NCBI GenBank assembly: GCA_018062765.1
Contig: JAGORR010000001.1
Coordinates: 78,638 to 142,637, forward strand
Source: Minisyncoccota bacterium
Lineage (GTDB): Bacteria; Patescibacteriota; Minisyncoccia; Phycocordibacterales; Phycocordibacteraceae
Reading direction: 5' to 3'
Length of the DNA: 64,000 nucleotides
The translations under genes and the position numbers were made by a program. The notes below the pieces were generated by a model. That model saw nothing but the letters and a program-made list of their open reading frames with translations. It searched no databases and was not told the DNA's origin. Of this stretch, positions 1 through 8,938 are shown piece after piece (position 1 is the first letter of the stretch; the number at the start of each line of letters is the position of its first letter).

Positions 1-424
1 TTTCTGCAGCAAGGTACGTGAATAGATTCCCGCTCGCACGCATCGCATATCGCACCTCGAGGTTCGAAAGCTGATCAGATGTCTCGAGGCTCGTCGTTGC
101 TGTGTCTGTCCGGCGCAATGCAACCGCTCCTTCGGCAACTGGCCCAGGAGTGATTTTCACGAGGCGGGGAGCAACATCCGTAGCGGTACCTCCCTCTCCA
201 GCGTCTTCGCCCCATCCGATTGTCCCCTCTTCAGGGTCGTCCCCTCCCCAGTCATCAACACCGCCACCGCCACCGGTTTCACCATCCCCTACTGGCTCGA
301 ACGGATTCGTGACGCCAGGTTCTGCAACGAGGCCGTCGTCGCCAGGTACTAGGTAGAAATAGAGCGCGACAGCGATCCCAACGAGGACGATGACGACGGC
401 GAGTATGGGAAGAAATTTACGCAT
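1..424 (-). CDS. Partial CDS whose 3' part lies beyond the left edge. N-terminal TM anchor followed by a Gly/Asp/Glu-rich low-complexity region. Most distal gene seen of the minus-strand T4SS-like operon.
   Basis: ATG at 424-422 on the minus strand, 4 nt after the stop of the upstream ORF. The frame stays open to position 1 and is absent from the ORF track because there is no stop in the window. Plus-strand ORF 102-356 is its antisense shadow. Confidence 0.45.
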   Translation of the reverse strand, partial: MRKFLPILAVVIVLVGIAVALYFYLVPGDDGLVAEPGVTNPFEPVGDGETGGGGGVDDWGGDDPEEGTIGWGEDAGEGGTATDVAPRLVKITPGPVAEGAVALRRTDTATTSLETSDQLSNLEVRYAMRASGNLFTYLAAE

Positions 425-427
425 AGG

Positions 428-1447
428 CTATTGGTCTCGGGACGAACGGCACCACTTATCGTCTTCGAAGTAGTTGCAGATCCGTGTGCGCTCTGGAGGA
501 AGAGGATTGAGGTCCATGTCGAGCGCTGAGTCGTGTCCTCCGCCTTGGCAGGAATCGTCTATCCCGTAAGCAAAAAGCGTACTCGGGCAAAGGCCGAATT
601 CGGCAAAGCCGCCGCAGAAGTCTTGCTGCTTTTCCTCGCTCAAGCCGACTTTCGCGTATCCGTACGAGGAGAGCTTACTGCACTCGGAAATGAGCGTCGC
701 ATTCTTTTGGCTATCAGTAACGTTGGATACTCGTATCGTCGGATTATTGTCCTGATAGAAGAATCCGTCGAAATCCATGTAGAGGCCGAAACCGGTCTCG
801 AGCCTGCACACGGCGAGTACCCCGTTTGCAACTACGTGGTGGTCGAACTCGTAATCGCCTTCGGAACATCGCTGGCTCCGGAACTCCTCGAGTTTCGCCG
901 AGAGGCTCGCATCGTCGGATGCAGGGAAGAGTTTCGCTCGTACGTAAACGCCATTAGGAATCAAATCTATCCCCTCAGGAGGAACGGGCGGGCCTTCATC
1001 TGTGCGATCGGAAAAATCAGGCTGCAGCTCCTCAAGACTCCCTTCGCATTCCGCGTTTCCAGTAAGACTCAGCGAGAGAATGCACGGGTTGATGATATTG
1101 AAGACGATGACTGGGGACAGGACCAATACGAGTCCCATGATGGCTACCGTAATGAGGTGGCGCGCCTGGCTCTTTTCCGTGAAGCTGTCCGTAAGCATCC
1201 ACAGAATGCCGCCGCGTACTATCTGCAGCACCGCAAGCACCACCGCAATGCCTATGACGAGCGTGTAGACCGTATTAAGGAACATTGGCAGATTGTCCTG
1301 CTCTTCGGCAAGCGCGCCGAACGGCCCGTCCTTCTCGGTAAGTAGAACGAAATCACCAGCTGCATCCTGTGCGGACGCCGCAAGAGGCAGCATGAAGGCG
1401 CCAAGGGCGAGGAGTGCGCGCGAAAGCATCTTCATAAGGTATCTCAT
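428..1447 (-). CDS. Exported membrane protein with T4SS-pilin-like (VirB2/TrbC-like) topology plus a Cys-rich C-terminal domain of about 220 aa.
   Basis: Signal peptide (MLSRALLALGAFMLPLAASAQDA), then two hydrophobic helices within the first ~120 aa, then about ten Cys. ATGA overlap with the upstream gene. Confidence 0.4.
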   Translation of the reverse strand: MRYLMKMLSRALLALGAFMLPLAASAQDAAGDFVLLTEKDGPFGALAEEQDNLPMFLNTVYTLVIGIAVVLAVLQIVRGGILWMLTDSFTEKSQARHLITVAIMGLVLVLSPVIVFNIINPCILSLSLTGNAECEGSLEELQPDFSDRTDEGPPVPPEGIDLIPNGVYVRAKLFPASDDASLSAKLEEFRSQRCSEGDYEFDHHVVANGVLAVCRLETGFGLYMDFDGFFYQDNNPTIRVSNVTDSQKNATLISECSKLSSYGYAKVGLSEEKQQDFCGGFAEFGLCPSTLFAYGIDDSCQGGGHDSALDMDLNPLPPERTRICNYFEDDKWCRSSRDQ

Positions 1448-2469
1448 AGGCCGAAGAATCCTGAATCAGGACTTGAGCCGTACCGGATACTCGCCTTCGC
1501 GTCGGCACTGTAGTATTCTCCCGCCTGCCGCGCATTTACCGAAAGTGCAGCTACGCCAGCCTCGCTCCCCGTCGTGCGCACGGTAATAGAGTCCTCCTGA
1601 CCGACTTCACTCGACCCCAACTTCCAGGTAAGCGTTGGACGACTCGAAAAAAAGTATGGAACGACCCGGAATGCTTCTTCGGTCTCTTTTAGGTCGTATG
1701 TGCCAGTAACTGCGCGCAAGAAACGAGGGCCTTCAAGTGGTCCGTCCTTATAGATGCGCACCAAGGGCTCGGTTGGCGCGATGCGCACGCTCGCTTCCCC
1801 GACGATAGCGCCGTCCCGACTCGAAACGGTCAGTGATACGCTCGCGTCACGGAACAGGACGGGAGCTGTTGCGGTGAGTACCGATTTCCCGAGCCCTGAA
1901 TCCGCGGTGAGGATGCGCCCGCCGGACTTCCAGGTATAGATAAGATCAGAGGATGCGATACGGGACCCGGGTGACGTCCGCAAGTCCGCAAGTGCAACGA
2001 CGCGCACCCGGCCCTCAGGAGCGACGAGCGCTCCACCCTGATAGAACGCGTGGGACGTGGAGATTGCGTCTATAACTAAAGAAACATCGGCGGGTCGTAT
2101 GGTGAGTTCCTCCGTGTAGACGCCGTCGGGCGCCGTCACCGTTACCTTCACTGGTACGCTCGTACCTATTGCGCCGATAGGAATCTGGTAGCTTTCCCGA
2201 CCGGAACCGCGACCGACCTCCTTCCCCGCCGCGACAACTACCACCGTGCTGCCCGAAAGATCGACTAACGTACTTTGTGGTGTGAGCGTAACGGTCTCGT
2301 ATGGGCGCGGGTAGCGCGGCGAGAGGGTTACGGTAAGCGGATCGACGCCGCTCATCGATTGCGAGGCAGCGAAAACCGGCACGAGCAGGATGAGGAGTGT
2401 GAGAAACCCTCGTATCATCGAGATAAGTATACCGTAGGCGTCAGTAGTTACGCTGCTTGCTGCGCCCAT
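1444..2469 (-). CDS. Secreted hypothetical protein of the T4SS-like cluster.
   Basis: Long ORF with an N-terminal hydrophobic signal (FLTLLILLVPVFAASQS). Translationally coupled to its neighbours. Confidence 0.5.
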   Translation of the reverse strand: MGAASSVTTDAYGILISMIRGFLTLLILLVPVFAASQSMSGVDPLTVTLSPRYPRPYETVTLTPQSTLVDLSGSTVVVVAAGKEVGRGSGRESYQIPIGAIGTSVPVKVTVTAPDGVYTEELTIRPADVSLVIDAISTSHAFYQGGALVAPEGRVRVVALADLRTSPGSRIASSDLIYTWKSGGRILTADSGLGKSVLTATAPVLFRDASVSLTVSSRDGAIVGEASVRIAPTEPLVRIYKDGPLEGPRFLRAVTGTYDLKETEEAFRVVPYFFSSRPTLTWKLGSSEVGQEDSITVRTTGSEAGVAALSVNARQAGEYYSADAKASIRYGSSPDSGFFGL

Positions 2470-3023
2470 TCCTCGTTATCGTTTGCCGCCGCATCCCTCG
2501 CTATGCTCGCCTCTTCGGCAGCAAGCCACCTGTCATATTTCTTACGGGCTTCCCTGTCGTCGCTACGGACGGTCTGTGTTATCGCCCAAATGCTCATTGT
2601 CGACCATGGTAATACGTTCACATACGGAAGGAATTCGAGAATGCTATTGCCAGCCATGATGAATATGCGTGCCCCCATCTTATCGAGGAAGCCGACACCT
2701 ATAAGACGGAACCATGCGATAAAGACCAGTATCGATATAGCGCTTAGAGCCGCACCGATAATCCAGCCAAGCATTGCGATGCCCACTCCCACTCCCACCG
2801 AGTAGGACGCCACTAACGAGAGACTTGAGACGTAGCAGGCGACGTCTCCAGCCCACACACTCCCTGCCCAACCCTCGACCCAATATTTCGCAAAATAACA
2901 GATCAGTAGGGGCGCAAACACTACCATCAGGGCCCCTATAGTCTGAAGCATTTCAAACGTTAAAGCTACCGCGATCATCCGTATCTGACGGCCGCGCGGC
3001 ATCTTTGGTTCTGGTTTATTCAT
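2448..3023 (-). CDS. Polytopic membrane protein (about 4 TM) of the T4SS-like cluster.
   Basis: ORF with four hydrophobic segments. Its ATG overlaps the stop of the VirB4-like gene (ATGA). Confidence 0.5.
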   Translation of the reverse strand: MNKPEPKMPRGRQIRMIAVALTFEMLQTIGALMVVFAPLLICYFAKYWVEGWAGSVWAGDVACYVSSLSLVASYSVGVGVGIAMLGWIIGAALSAISILVFIAWFRLIGVGFLDKMGARIFIMAGNSILEFLPYVNVLPWSTMSIWAITQTVRSDDREARKKYDRWLAAEEASIARDAAANDNEEWAQQAA

Positions 3024-4852
3024 GGACGGCGGTCCTGGTCCGCTTCAGCAGCGAGCCGTTGTTTTTCCCGTTTGATTGAAAGAATCTGAGAAGGGTCCGA
3101 GGTGATTATCTGGTCCTCCGTGTATGAGGCGACAACCTTGATGGCAACATGCTTGAGGCCAGCAAAGAATAGCCCGTCCCCCACCCCAGCCTCTAGTAGG
3201 AGGAATTTTTCCTGGTCAGTAAGGTTGAATGTTTGCTTCAGGAGATCAATCGTCGTTGGCGACTGCTTCAAAAGAAGCTGCATGGAAGAGTTTGTGAGTA
3301 TCGGGCGCCCATATGGTGAGCGGAGGAAGTCCTCGACGTCCTGGGTAACGGTTGCGAGCCCTAAATAGTATTTACGACCGCGCTTGGCGAGACTGTAGAG
3401 GAATGACGCGGTGTCATCCGATTTCATCATCCACCAAGCCTCGTCGATGACGAGAAGACGCTTTCTCAGCTCGCGCCGTACGGCGTTCCAGATGTAGTGC
3501 GTAATGATATACATCGCAACCGGTTTCAGTTCATCCTCCATATCACGCACCGAGAAGACGATGAACTGCTTATTGATATCGATATTCGTCGGCTGATTCA
3601 GGAAGCCGGCCCAAGTACCCTTTGTGTATTTCGACAGACGCGTCACGAGGGATTCGCTTCCCTCCATCCCGGAGAGTACTGATTCGAAATCCGATAGGAG
3701 CGGTGCGTCCATCCCAGTGAAGTCGCGATTCCCGGTGATGTCCTTAAGGGCATAGGTTTCCGTAATAGCGCGATCGATGATGGCGTCCTCCTCCGGCGTG
3801 AGTCCCCCGAGCATGATGCGGAAGAGACCGACGAGGTTGATGATGACCGAACGCAATATGTCGTTTGGCTCCTCCCCTTCCCGCACGGGCGGAAGATCGA
3901 AAGGATTGATGTGATGCTCCGAGGAAAGCGAGATGTTGAAAAGGCGGCCGCCTGTTGCCTCCGCAAGGTATTCGTACTCGCGCTCAGGGTCGATGACGAT
4001 GACTTCTGTATCGAACATAAGCGAACGGAGAATTTCGAGCTTCACTGCGTAGGATTTTCCGGAGCCCGACTTCGCGAATACGACCGAGTTGTAGTTCTCT
4101 AGAGAGAATCGGTCGAAGAGGACGAGGGATGAGTTGTGGCGGTTGATGCCGTAGAGGATGCCCTTATCGGAGGTGAGGTCGTAGGAGACGAACGGGAATA
4201 GAGAAGAGAGAGGTGAGGTATTGAGTTTCGAATGGACGCCTAGCTCGTCGAGCTCCAGGGGAAGCGTTGAGCGGAAGCCCTGCTCCTGCTGGAATATCGC
4301 AGGCTTTGTGTATACGAGTTTAGCGTCGAGGATACCTCGTAATTTTCCTTCAAGATTATCGAGCTCGTCCTTACTGTCTGCGTAAATGGTTAGGTACAGT
4401 CCGACCTCAAACAAGCGCTCCTGTGCCTGCTGCAGCTGGTCCCGTAGACGCTCCAGGTCCTGGTATGAGGTATCGAGCATTGGGTCGCGCACAAGACCTT
4501 TTTGCGCGCGGTCGGCCTGCTGGCTCTCCACTTCCGCGACTTTCTTCTGGAACTGGCGAAGGATCTGGCCCGTCTCTATGGGGTGGATGAAGATGCCGAC
4601 ATCGAATACTTGGTCCAAATTAATAACCGGGGAAAACCAGTCGTCGGACAAAAACCGCGGATACGAGATGGTGTAAAAGGAGCGCGCAAACTTGGCGCCA
4701 AGCTCCAATTCCCTGCCGGTGACCTTGAGTGCTGCTGGCGCGATAGTGTCCGCCAGGTCTAAGGCTCCCTCTGCATAGATATCCTTAGGAAGCACAGACG
4801 CGATGTCTGGCGCCTCTTCTTTCTTACGGTTAAGGAAATCGAGGAGTGCCAT
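3020..4852 (-). CDS. virB4: VirB4/TrbE/PrgJ-family T4SS ATPase, C-terminal ATPase portion.
   Basis: Walker A (VVFAKSGSGKSYAV), VirB4-type Walker B (LVIDEAWWMM) and a DPEREY motif. The ORF-track start at 4894 (TTG) would translate the upstream heptamer repeat (LYAARCHLYA). Start is placed at the ATG at 4852 (MALLDFL...). Confidence 0.8.
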   Translation of the reverse strand: MALLDFLNRKKEEAPDIASVLPKDIYAEGALDLADTIAPAALKVTGRELELGAKFARSFYTISYPRFLSDDWFSPVINLDQVFDVGIFIHPIETGQILRQFQKKVAEVESQQADRAQKGLVRDPMLDTSYQDLERLRDQLQQAQERLFEVGLYLTIYADSKDELDNLEGKLRGILDAKLVYTKPAIFQQEQGFRSTLPLELDELGVHSKLNTSPLSSLFPFVSYDLTSDKGILYGINRHNSSLVLFDRFSLENYNSVVFAKSGSGKSYAVKLEILRSLMFDTEVIVIDPEREYEYLAEATGGRLFNISLSSEHHINPFDLPPVREGEEPNDILRSVIINLVGLFRIMLGGLTPEEDAIIDRAITETYALKDITGNRDFTGMDAPLLSDFESVLSGMEGSESLVTRLSKYTKGTWAGFLNQPTNIDINKQFIVFSVRDMEDELKPVAMYIITHYIWNAVRRELRKRLLVIDEAWWMMKSDDTASFLYSLAKRGRKYYLGLATVTQDVEDFLRSPYGRPILTNSSMQLLLKQSPTTIDLLKQTFNLTDQEKFLLLEAGVGDGLFFAGLKHVAIKVVASYTEDQIITSDPSQILSIKREKQRLAAEADQDRRP

Positions 4853-4858
4853 ACTAGA

Positions 4859-4893
4859 AGTAGCGTACAGGTGACAGCGTGCAGCGTACAGCA
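4859..4893. repeat. Tandem heptamer array, 5 units: AGTAGCG TACAGGT GACAGCG TGCAGCG TACAGCA. On the gene's sense strand this reads CTGTACG CTGCACG CTGTCAC CTGTACG.
   Basis: Read directly from the sequence. It ends 7 nt upstream of the virB4 C-part ATG. Confidence 0.7.
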
Positions 4894-4920
4894 AAAGCGG
4901 TGCAGGAGTGTTCAGTCTGG

Positions 4921-4941
4921 ACGCTAGCCGCTAGACGCTTC
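4921..4941. repeat. Tandem heptamer array, 3 units: ACGCTAG CCGCTAG ACGCTTC. It is in inverted orientation relative to the 4859-4893 array.
   Basis: Read directly from the sequence. It lies immediately after the stop of the VirB4 N-part ORF. Confidence 0.6.
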
Positions 4942-4944
4942 ATA

Positions 4945-5577
4945 TCATTTTGTAAGCCTTATCGGGCTATCGAGCTCGCCGATGTTGAATGAGCGGTAGA
5001 GAAGCTCGATGATTTCCTCAGTGCCTAGGGGTACTGCGCGAATACCGGCCGAGTTTATGGCGCCTGCAGCCAGGGACATGCGCTGCTCGAGCTGGATGCG
5101 ATGCTCAGCGAATGCGTCGTTCCCTTCCCCGCCAGACCCGGATGACGGAGTGCGCTGGAGGAACGCGAGCGCACTCTTCACTTCCGAACCCGAGCCAGGT
5201 GCCAAAGGAACGACGATGTAGAATGTCTTCGTCATGATGTTTGCTTGATCAGCGAACGCGCGGACGAATTCCATGTATTCGCGTACCTGTATCTTCATGA
5301 GCTCGGTTTCCTGCTTATCTGTGCGCTCCTGAAGGAGTGCTAGGTACGGCCGGATATCCATGCGGCGGGAGTGCACAACAAGCTCCACGGAAAAATCGAG
5401 CGAATTGAGGAAGGTCTGGAATCCGCCGATGACCGCCCGCTGCTCGTCGTCGGATTTCAAGGAGAAGTTCACTGATGAGCACATGAGTATGCCCCGATAC
5501 GTGCCGTCCTTAAGGATGATGACCCCATTACGGACCTCCTTTACTGGAACAAACGACTGAGATGCTTTAGGCGCCAT
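4945..5577 (-). CDS. virB4: VirB4/TrbE N-terminal domain (CagE_TrbE_VirB-like), encoded as a separate ORF.
   Basis: The motif run VPVKEVRNGVIILKDGTYRGILMCSSVNFSLKSDDEQRAV...LNSLDFSVELVV matches the conserved N-terminal region of VirB4/TrbE proteins. It lies directly upstream of the ATPase part, in a different frame. Confidence 0.6.
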   Translation of the reverse strand: MAPKASQSFVPVKEVRNGVIILKDGTYRGILMCSSVNFSLKSDDEQRAVIGGFQTFLNSLDFSVELVVHSRRMDIRPYLALLQERTDKQETELMKIQVREYMEFVRAFADQANIMTKTFYIVVPLAPGSGSEVKSALAFLQRTPSSGSGGEGNDAFAEHRIQLEQRMSLAAGAINSAGIRAVPLGTEEIIELLYRSFNIGELDSPIRLTK

Positions 5578-5986
5578 GGTTTTCTTCCTGCGTGCGGTCC
5601 TTTATATCGAGGGACCATGCTAGGTCCCGAATCTTCGAGGACGACAGCCCGAGCTTCTGGCGGGCTTCTTCTGGGGCGACGACAGCTTTGGGTGCTTCTT
5701 GCGCCTTATCCTCCTTACGCCATACGTAGAGTTTCCCGCCAAACAGGTACGACACCTGTGCCTCGACAATCTCAACGAACGGCTTGTTGTTGACGCGATA
5801 GAACGCGAGGGCGCCAGAGAGTGCGCCGACGGGAAGTGCCACGATGAGGAACCCAATCATGGGAAGGTAGGCAAACGCGATGACGCAGATACCGATGCCT
5901 CCGGCAAGGTATATGAACTGCTTCAGCGTGAATGGTCCAAATATCTTCCCTTCCACTTCGAGAAACTGCGGTACTTGGTACTCCAT
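5567..5986 (-). CDS. PrgI/VirB3-like small T4SS membrane protein.
   Basis: N-terminus MEYQVPQFLEVEGKIFGPFTLKQFIYLAGGIG fits the PrgI-family pattern (VP..L....K.FG.T.KQ), followed by a TM hairpin. It sits in the canonical position upstream of virB4. Confidence 0.55.
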   Translation of the reverse strand: MEYQVPQFLEVEGKIFGPFTLKQFIYLAGGIGICVIAFAYLPMIGFLIVALPVGALSGALAFYRVNNKPFVEIVEAQVSYLFGGKLYVWRKEDKAQEAPKAVVAPEEARQKLGLSSSKIRDLAWSLDIKDRTQEENHGA

Positions 5987-6026
5987 CGCTCTATAGTATA
6001 CCGCCCGAGCGCCGAGTTTTGCGTGG

Positions 6027-6635
6027 TTATTGTGACGTACCCTCGTCTATGGGTTCACGATACGGGTCGCGAGCATAATTTTTTGGTACAGGAGCCGGAA
6101 GTGGCGCGATAGACGCAGGTGTTGTGACTTCACGCTCTGTTCGAGGGAGGCGGGGCTCGAAGACTGCTGGAGGTGTCACCGGCTCAGGGCGCGGCGCGGG
6201 AGGAGCAACAGGAGCAGAAGTTATCACAGGTGCAAGCGGCGCGGCTGGAGCGATTGGAGCAGTGGGTGGAGGAGTGGTGCCAAGAGGTGCAGGCACGTCG
6301 GTGAGTGGCGCGCGCGCAGGCTTCCCGGCCTCGCTCCGCATCTTCTCGTGGAGGGGCTTGAATATCGCGTCATTAAGTTCCTTGGCGATGAGAGAGGCTT
6401 TCAGATTAGATATGCCCATCTGCTCCATCTCCTGTATGAGCTGTGCAGGATTGATGAATCCGGACAACATAAGTCCAATGGACTCATCCAAGTCGCCTAC
6501 GACGTCTATGTGTAACTGGTACTTTGCACCTATGCGGCGCACTGCTGGCCCTAATTCACCGCTCGCGAGGTACTCACGAACAGAAAGAGGAAGACCGCGA
6601 TATGCCCGCAAAAGTTCTTCGTGTGGAATCTTCAT
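6027..6635 (-). CDS. Hypothetical protein with a Pro-rich C-terminal half (T4SS-like cluster).
   Basis: ORF with no TM segment. The C-terminal 90 aa are PAPxP-rich. Confidence 0.45.
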   Translation of the reverse strand: MKIPHEELLRAYRGLPLSVREYLASGELGPAVRRIGAKYQLHIDVVGDLDESIGLMLSGFINPAQLIQEMEQMGISNLKASLIAKELNDAIFKPLHEKMRSEAGKPARAPLTDVPAPLGTTPPPTAPIAPAAPLAPVITSAPVAPPAPRPEPVTPPAVFEPRLPRTEREVTTPASIAPLPAPVPKNYARDPYREPIDEGTSQ

Positions 6636-6641
6636 AGAGAG

Positions 6642-8933
6642 CTATAGTCCTGCAAAATCTTTCGGAAGCCCGAACAGACCGCGATCGAAATCATTACTCG
6701 TAAGATAATTATTGATACCTTCTATTTGCTTGGCGGAAAGTACGCCCGCAGCCTTACCTCGTCGAAGTTCAGCGATAACTTCCGCAGGGTCTGAGAACTT
6801 ACCCTCCGCCATACCTCGTTGCAAGTCGACTTGCGTGAAAGAATGCACGACAGCAGGTCGGGTATAGTCTTTAGCGCTTAGTTTGACCTTTGCCTTAGGC
6901 CCAAGACCGCTCGCCTGAGTCCTGATATTCACCTGTGATGCGGCTGATCCGTCGTCTTTCTCTATTAAGACGCGTAATTTACCAAAGTCCGATGAGTCCT
7001 TAACTGCGCGGCGTTGGTCATTGGTCAAGGCCTCACTCTTTTCAAGTGCCTCCAACTGTTCGTCGGAGAATTGGCCAGCAGCAAGCGCGTCTTCGAATGT
7101 CGCCGCGTTAAGCTTCGCAAACTCTGCCATATCCTTTGATGACCAGCGTTGTACCTCCTTCTTATCGTTTGTACCAATGGCCGCCACGAGTTTTTGGAAT
7201 CGCCCGCCTGCAACTTCGTCCTTAACGCTCTGATCGACCTTGTCGGTCTTCTGAATGTCGATGAACCGTTCAGTGCTGAGGTATTTCGCCGCCTCCTGTT
7301 TATCTGCATTTTTGAGTCTTTTGACGTACTCGAACGTGTCTCCCTGGTTCAGGCTCTGCAGGGTCTTCGAATACTCTTTCTCGGCTAGCATCCGCTTTGC
7401 ATCATCAGGCGCATCTTTTATGCTCTTAAGCTGCGTGCCAAGAGTGCTGAACGTGTGATCGCGATGAACTTCATGCGCGCGATGGTCACGCGCATGTTTC
7501 TCGTCATCCAGAGAAACACCAGCTACTTTTATTTTCTCGCGCTTATCGAGCGCGGATTGGATATTGGCGTCCGTCGTCGCAAGTATCTTGCTTCCTCTAA
7601 ACGCGGCGCCTATGCCAAGGCCATTATATGCCTTATCTGCCGCCCACATTCCAGCCTTCGCGCCATACCTAAGCCCCGTATTCCCTATCGCACGAGAAGG
7701 TTTTGATATTGGAGAGAGCGCTGCGCCGGTAAGACGTCGGCTCATGCCGATGGAGAAGCTCGCGCCGACCGCACCCATCTGTTTGGCGACAATGATGGAC
7801 GCCATAAGCATTCCCATGGAGATAACGAAGCCGAGTATCATTCGGGTCGTATTGGCCCAACCGGTGCCGCTGACGAGCGCGCTGAAATCGCGACTCTGTC
7901 CGATGATGAGCTGCGGCGAGGTCATCAGCGTCACACTGATGAGGAGGAACAGGAGGACAATAGGAGCAGTCGCGCTTTGGGCGATGAGCATGTGCCACCA
8001 CTGCTTCGCGCGCCCCTCTAGGGATGGTATGACCAGTCCAACGAAGCCGAGAGGGGACAGGATCATGAGGAATATGAGTACGAGGAAGCGCGCGATGAGC
8101 ATAAACGCGAGCGCAAGCATTACGAACGTAGCGACGATGAACAGGAGCGAGCCTAGTATGAGCGCAGCGAACCAGTTGTTCTCCAGCACCGTATTCTTAA
8201 GCTGCCCCGTCTGAAGCGTAGTTGCATCATAGAAATTCTGAAGTCCGACCATCTCCATAATGGCGTTCGAGACGCCCTCATTAGATGGCGACCAGCTTTC
8301 CCCCGGATCCGCGCCGAGCGCTTGCCTGCCCTCTCCGGGCTTCACCATGACGGAGTAGAACTGATAGGCGAACACGTTGCCAACGTCGATGATGGCGCGT
8401 GCAGCGAAGAGGCTGAAATTCACGGTAACGGCGACCAGGATGAGCTTCACGAGCATCTTCTTCGCGTTGTAACTCTGTACGTCGAGTATCGTCGCGACGC
8501 CGATAGCGACGAATCCGAATATGAGCGCAATGTTACCAAGATCGCGTAGCACCCTCCATGCATCGAGTATGCCGGGCATGCTATTCACGAAATCCCCCAT
8601 CTTAACGACTGTGTAGTAGACGGACGCGTTAAGCATCACGCCGGCGACTCCGGCGAGGTACGCGAACAGGGATAGCATCTTATACCCTATGGGTCCGTAG
8701 ATATCGTCTCCGGTCGTATGACTTCCAAAATTAGCGTTCGCGTCAGGGGTCCCTGCTTGCGGGGCAGCAGGAGGAGGACGATCCGGAAGCGTCAGATCAG
8801 GGGGCGAGTCCGGGGTCACTTCAGGAGGTGGAGGTGTCTGGGCAAATGCGAGACTAGGAAGCAGGAGCGAAAGCGAAAGCAGCAGGATGATACCTGCAGC
8901 CAGCCATGTCCTACCTGATACTCGGGAAGCCAT
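6642..8933 (-). CDS. Polytopic membrane protein, VirB6/TrbL/PrgH-like by topology and position.
   Basis: Signal peptide, at least 6 TM helices in the N-terminal 400 aa, and a large hydrophilic C-terminal domain. It lies upstream of the PrgI-like and VirB4 genes. Confidence 0.45.
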   Translation of the reverse strand: MASRVSGRTWLAAGIILLLSLSLLLPSLAFAQTPPPPEVTPDSPPDLTLPDRPPPAAPQAGTPDANANFGSHTTGDDIYGPIGYKMLSLFAYLAGVAGVMLNASVYYTVVKMGDFVNSMPGILDAWRVLRDLGNIALIFGFVAIGVATILDVQSYNAKKMLVKLILVAVTVNFSLFAARAIIDVGNVFAYQFYSVMVKPGEGRQALGADPGESWSPSNEGVSNAIMEMVGLQNFYDATTLQTGQLKNTVLENNWFAALILGSLLFIVATFVMLALAFMLIARFLVLIFLMILSPLGFVGLVIPSLEGRAKQWWHMLIAQSATAPIVLLFLLISVTLMTSPQLIIGQSRDFSALVSGTGWANTTRMILGFVISMGMLMASIIVAKQMGAVGASFSIGMSRRLTGAALSPISKPSRAIGNTGLRYGAKAGMWAADKAYNGLGIGAAFRGSKILATTDANIQSALDKREKIKVAGVSLDDEKHARDHRAHEVHRDHTFSTLGTQLKSIKDAPDDAKRMLAEKEYSKTLQSLNQGDTFEYVKRLKNADKQEAAKYLSTERFIDIQKTDKVDQSVKDEVAGGRFQKLVAAIGTNDKKEVQRWSSKDMAEFAKLNAATFEDALAAGQFSDEQLEALEKSEALTNDQRRAVKDSSDFGKLRVLIEKDDGSAASQVNIRTQASGLGPKAKVKLSAKDYTRPAVVHSFTQVDLQRGMAEGKFSDPAEVIAELRRGKAAGVLSAKQIEGINNYLTSNDFDRGLFGLPKDFAGL

Positions 8934-8938
8934 ATCGG

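Noticed and set aside
102-356. Plus-strand 84-aa Pro/Ser-rich ORF at the left edge.
   Set aside because: Antisense shadow of the real partial minus-strand gene 1-424.
533-1345. Antisense shadow ORFs within real genes (533-1345, 7564-8214, 12527-13036, 41302-42117, 42327-43160, 54362-55417, 62969-63661 and others).
   Set aside because: Each lies opposite a gene with clear family signatures and has no motifs of its own.
4853-4894. N-terminal extensions in the ORF track (MLYAARCHLYATSS on virB4-C, NPLYAARCQLYAISY on ppa, VRCNLYAVPCIH on the small membrane protein).
   Set aside because: They are the in-frame translation of the intergenic heptamer arrays, begin at TTG in places, and precede well-conserved canonical N-termini.
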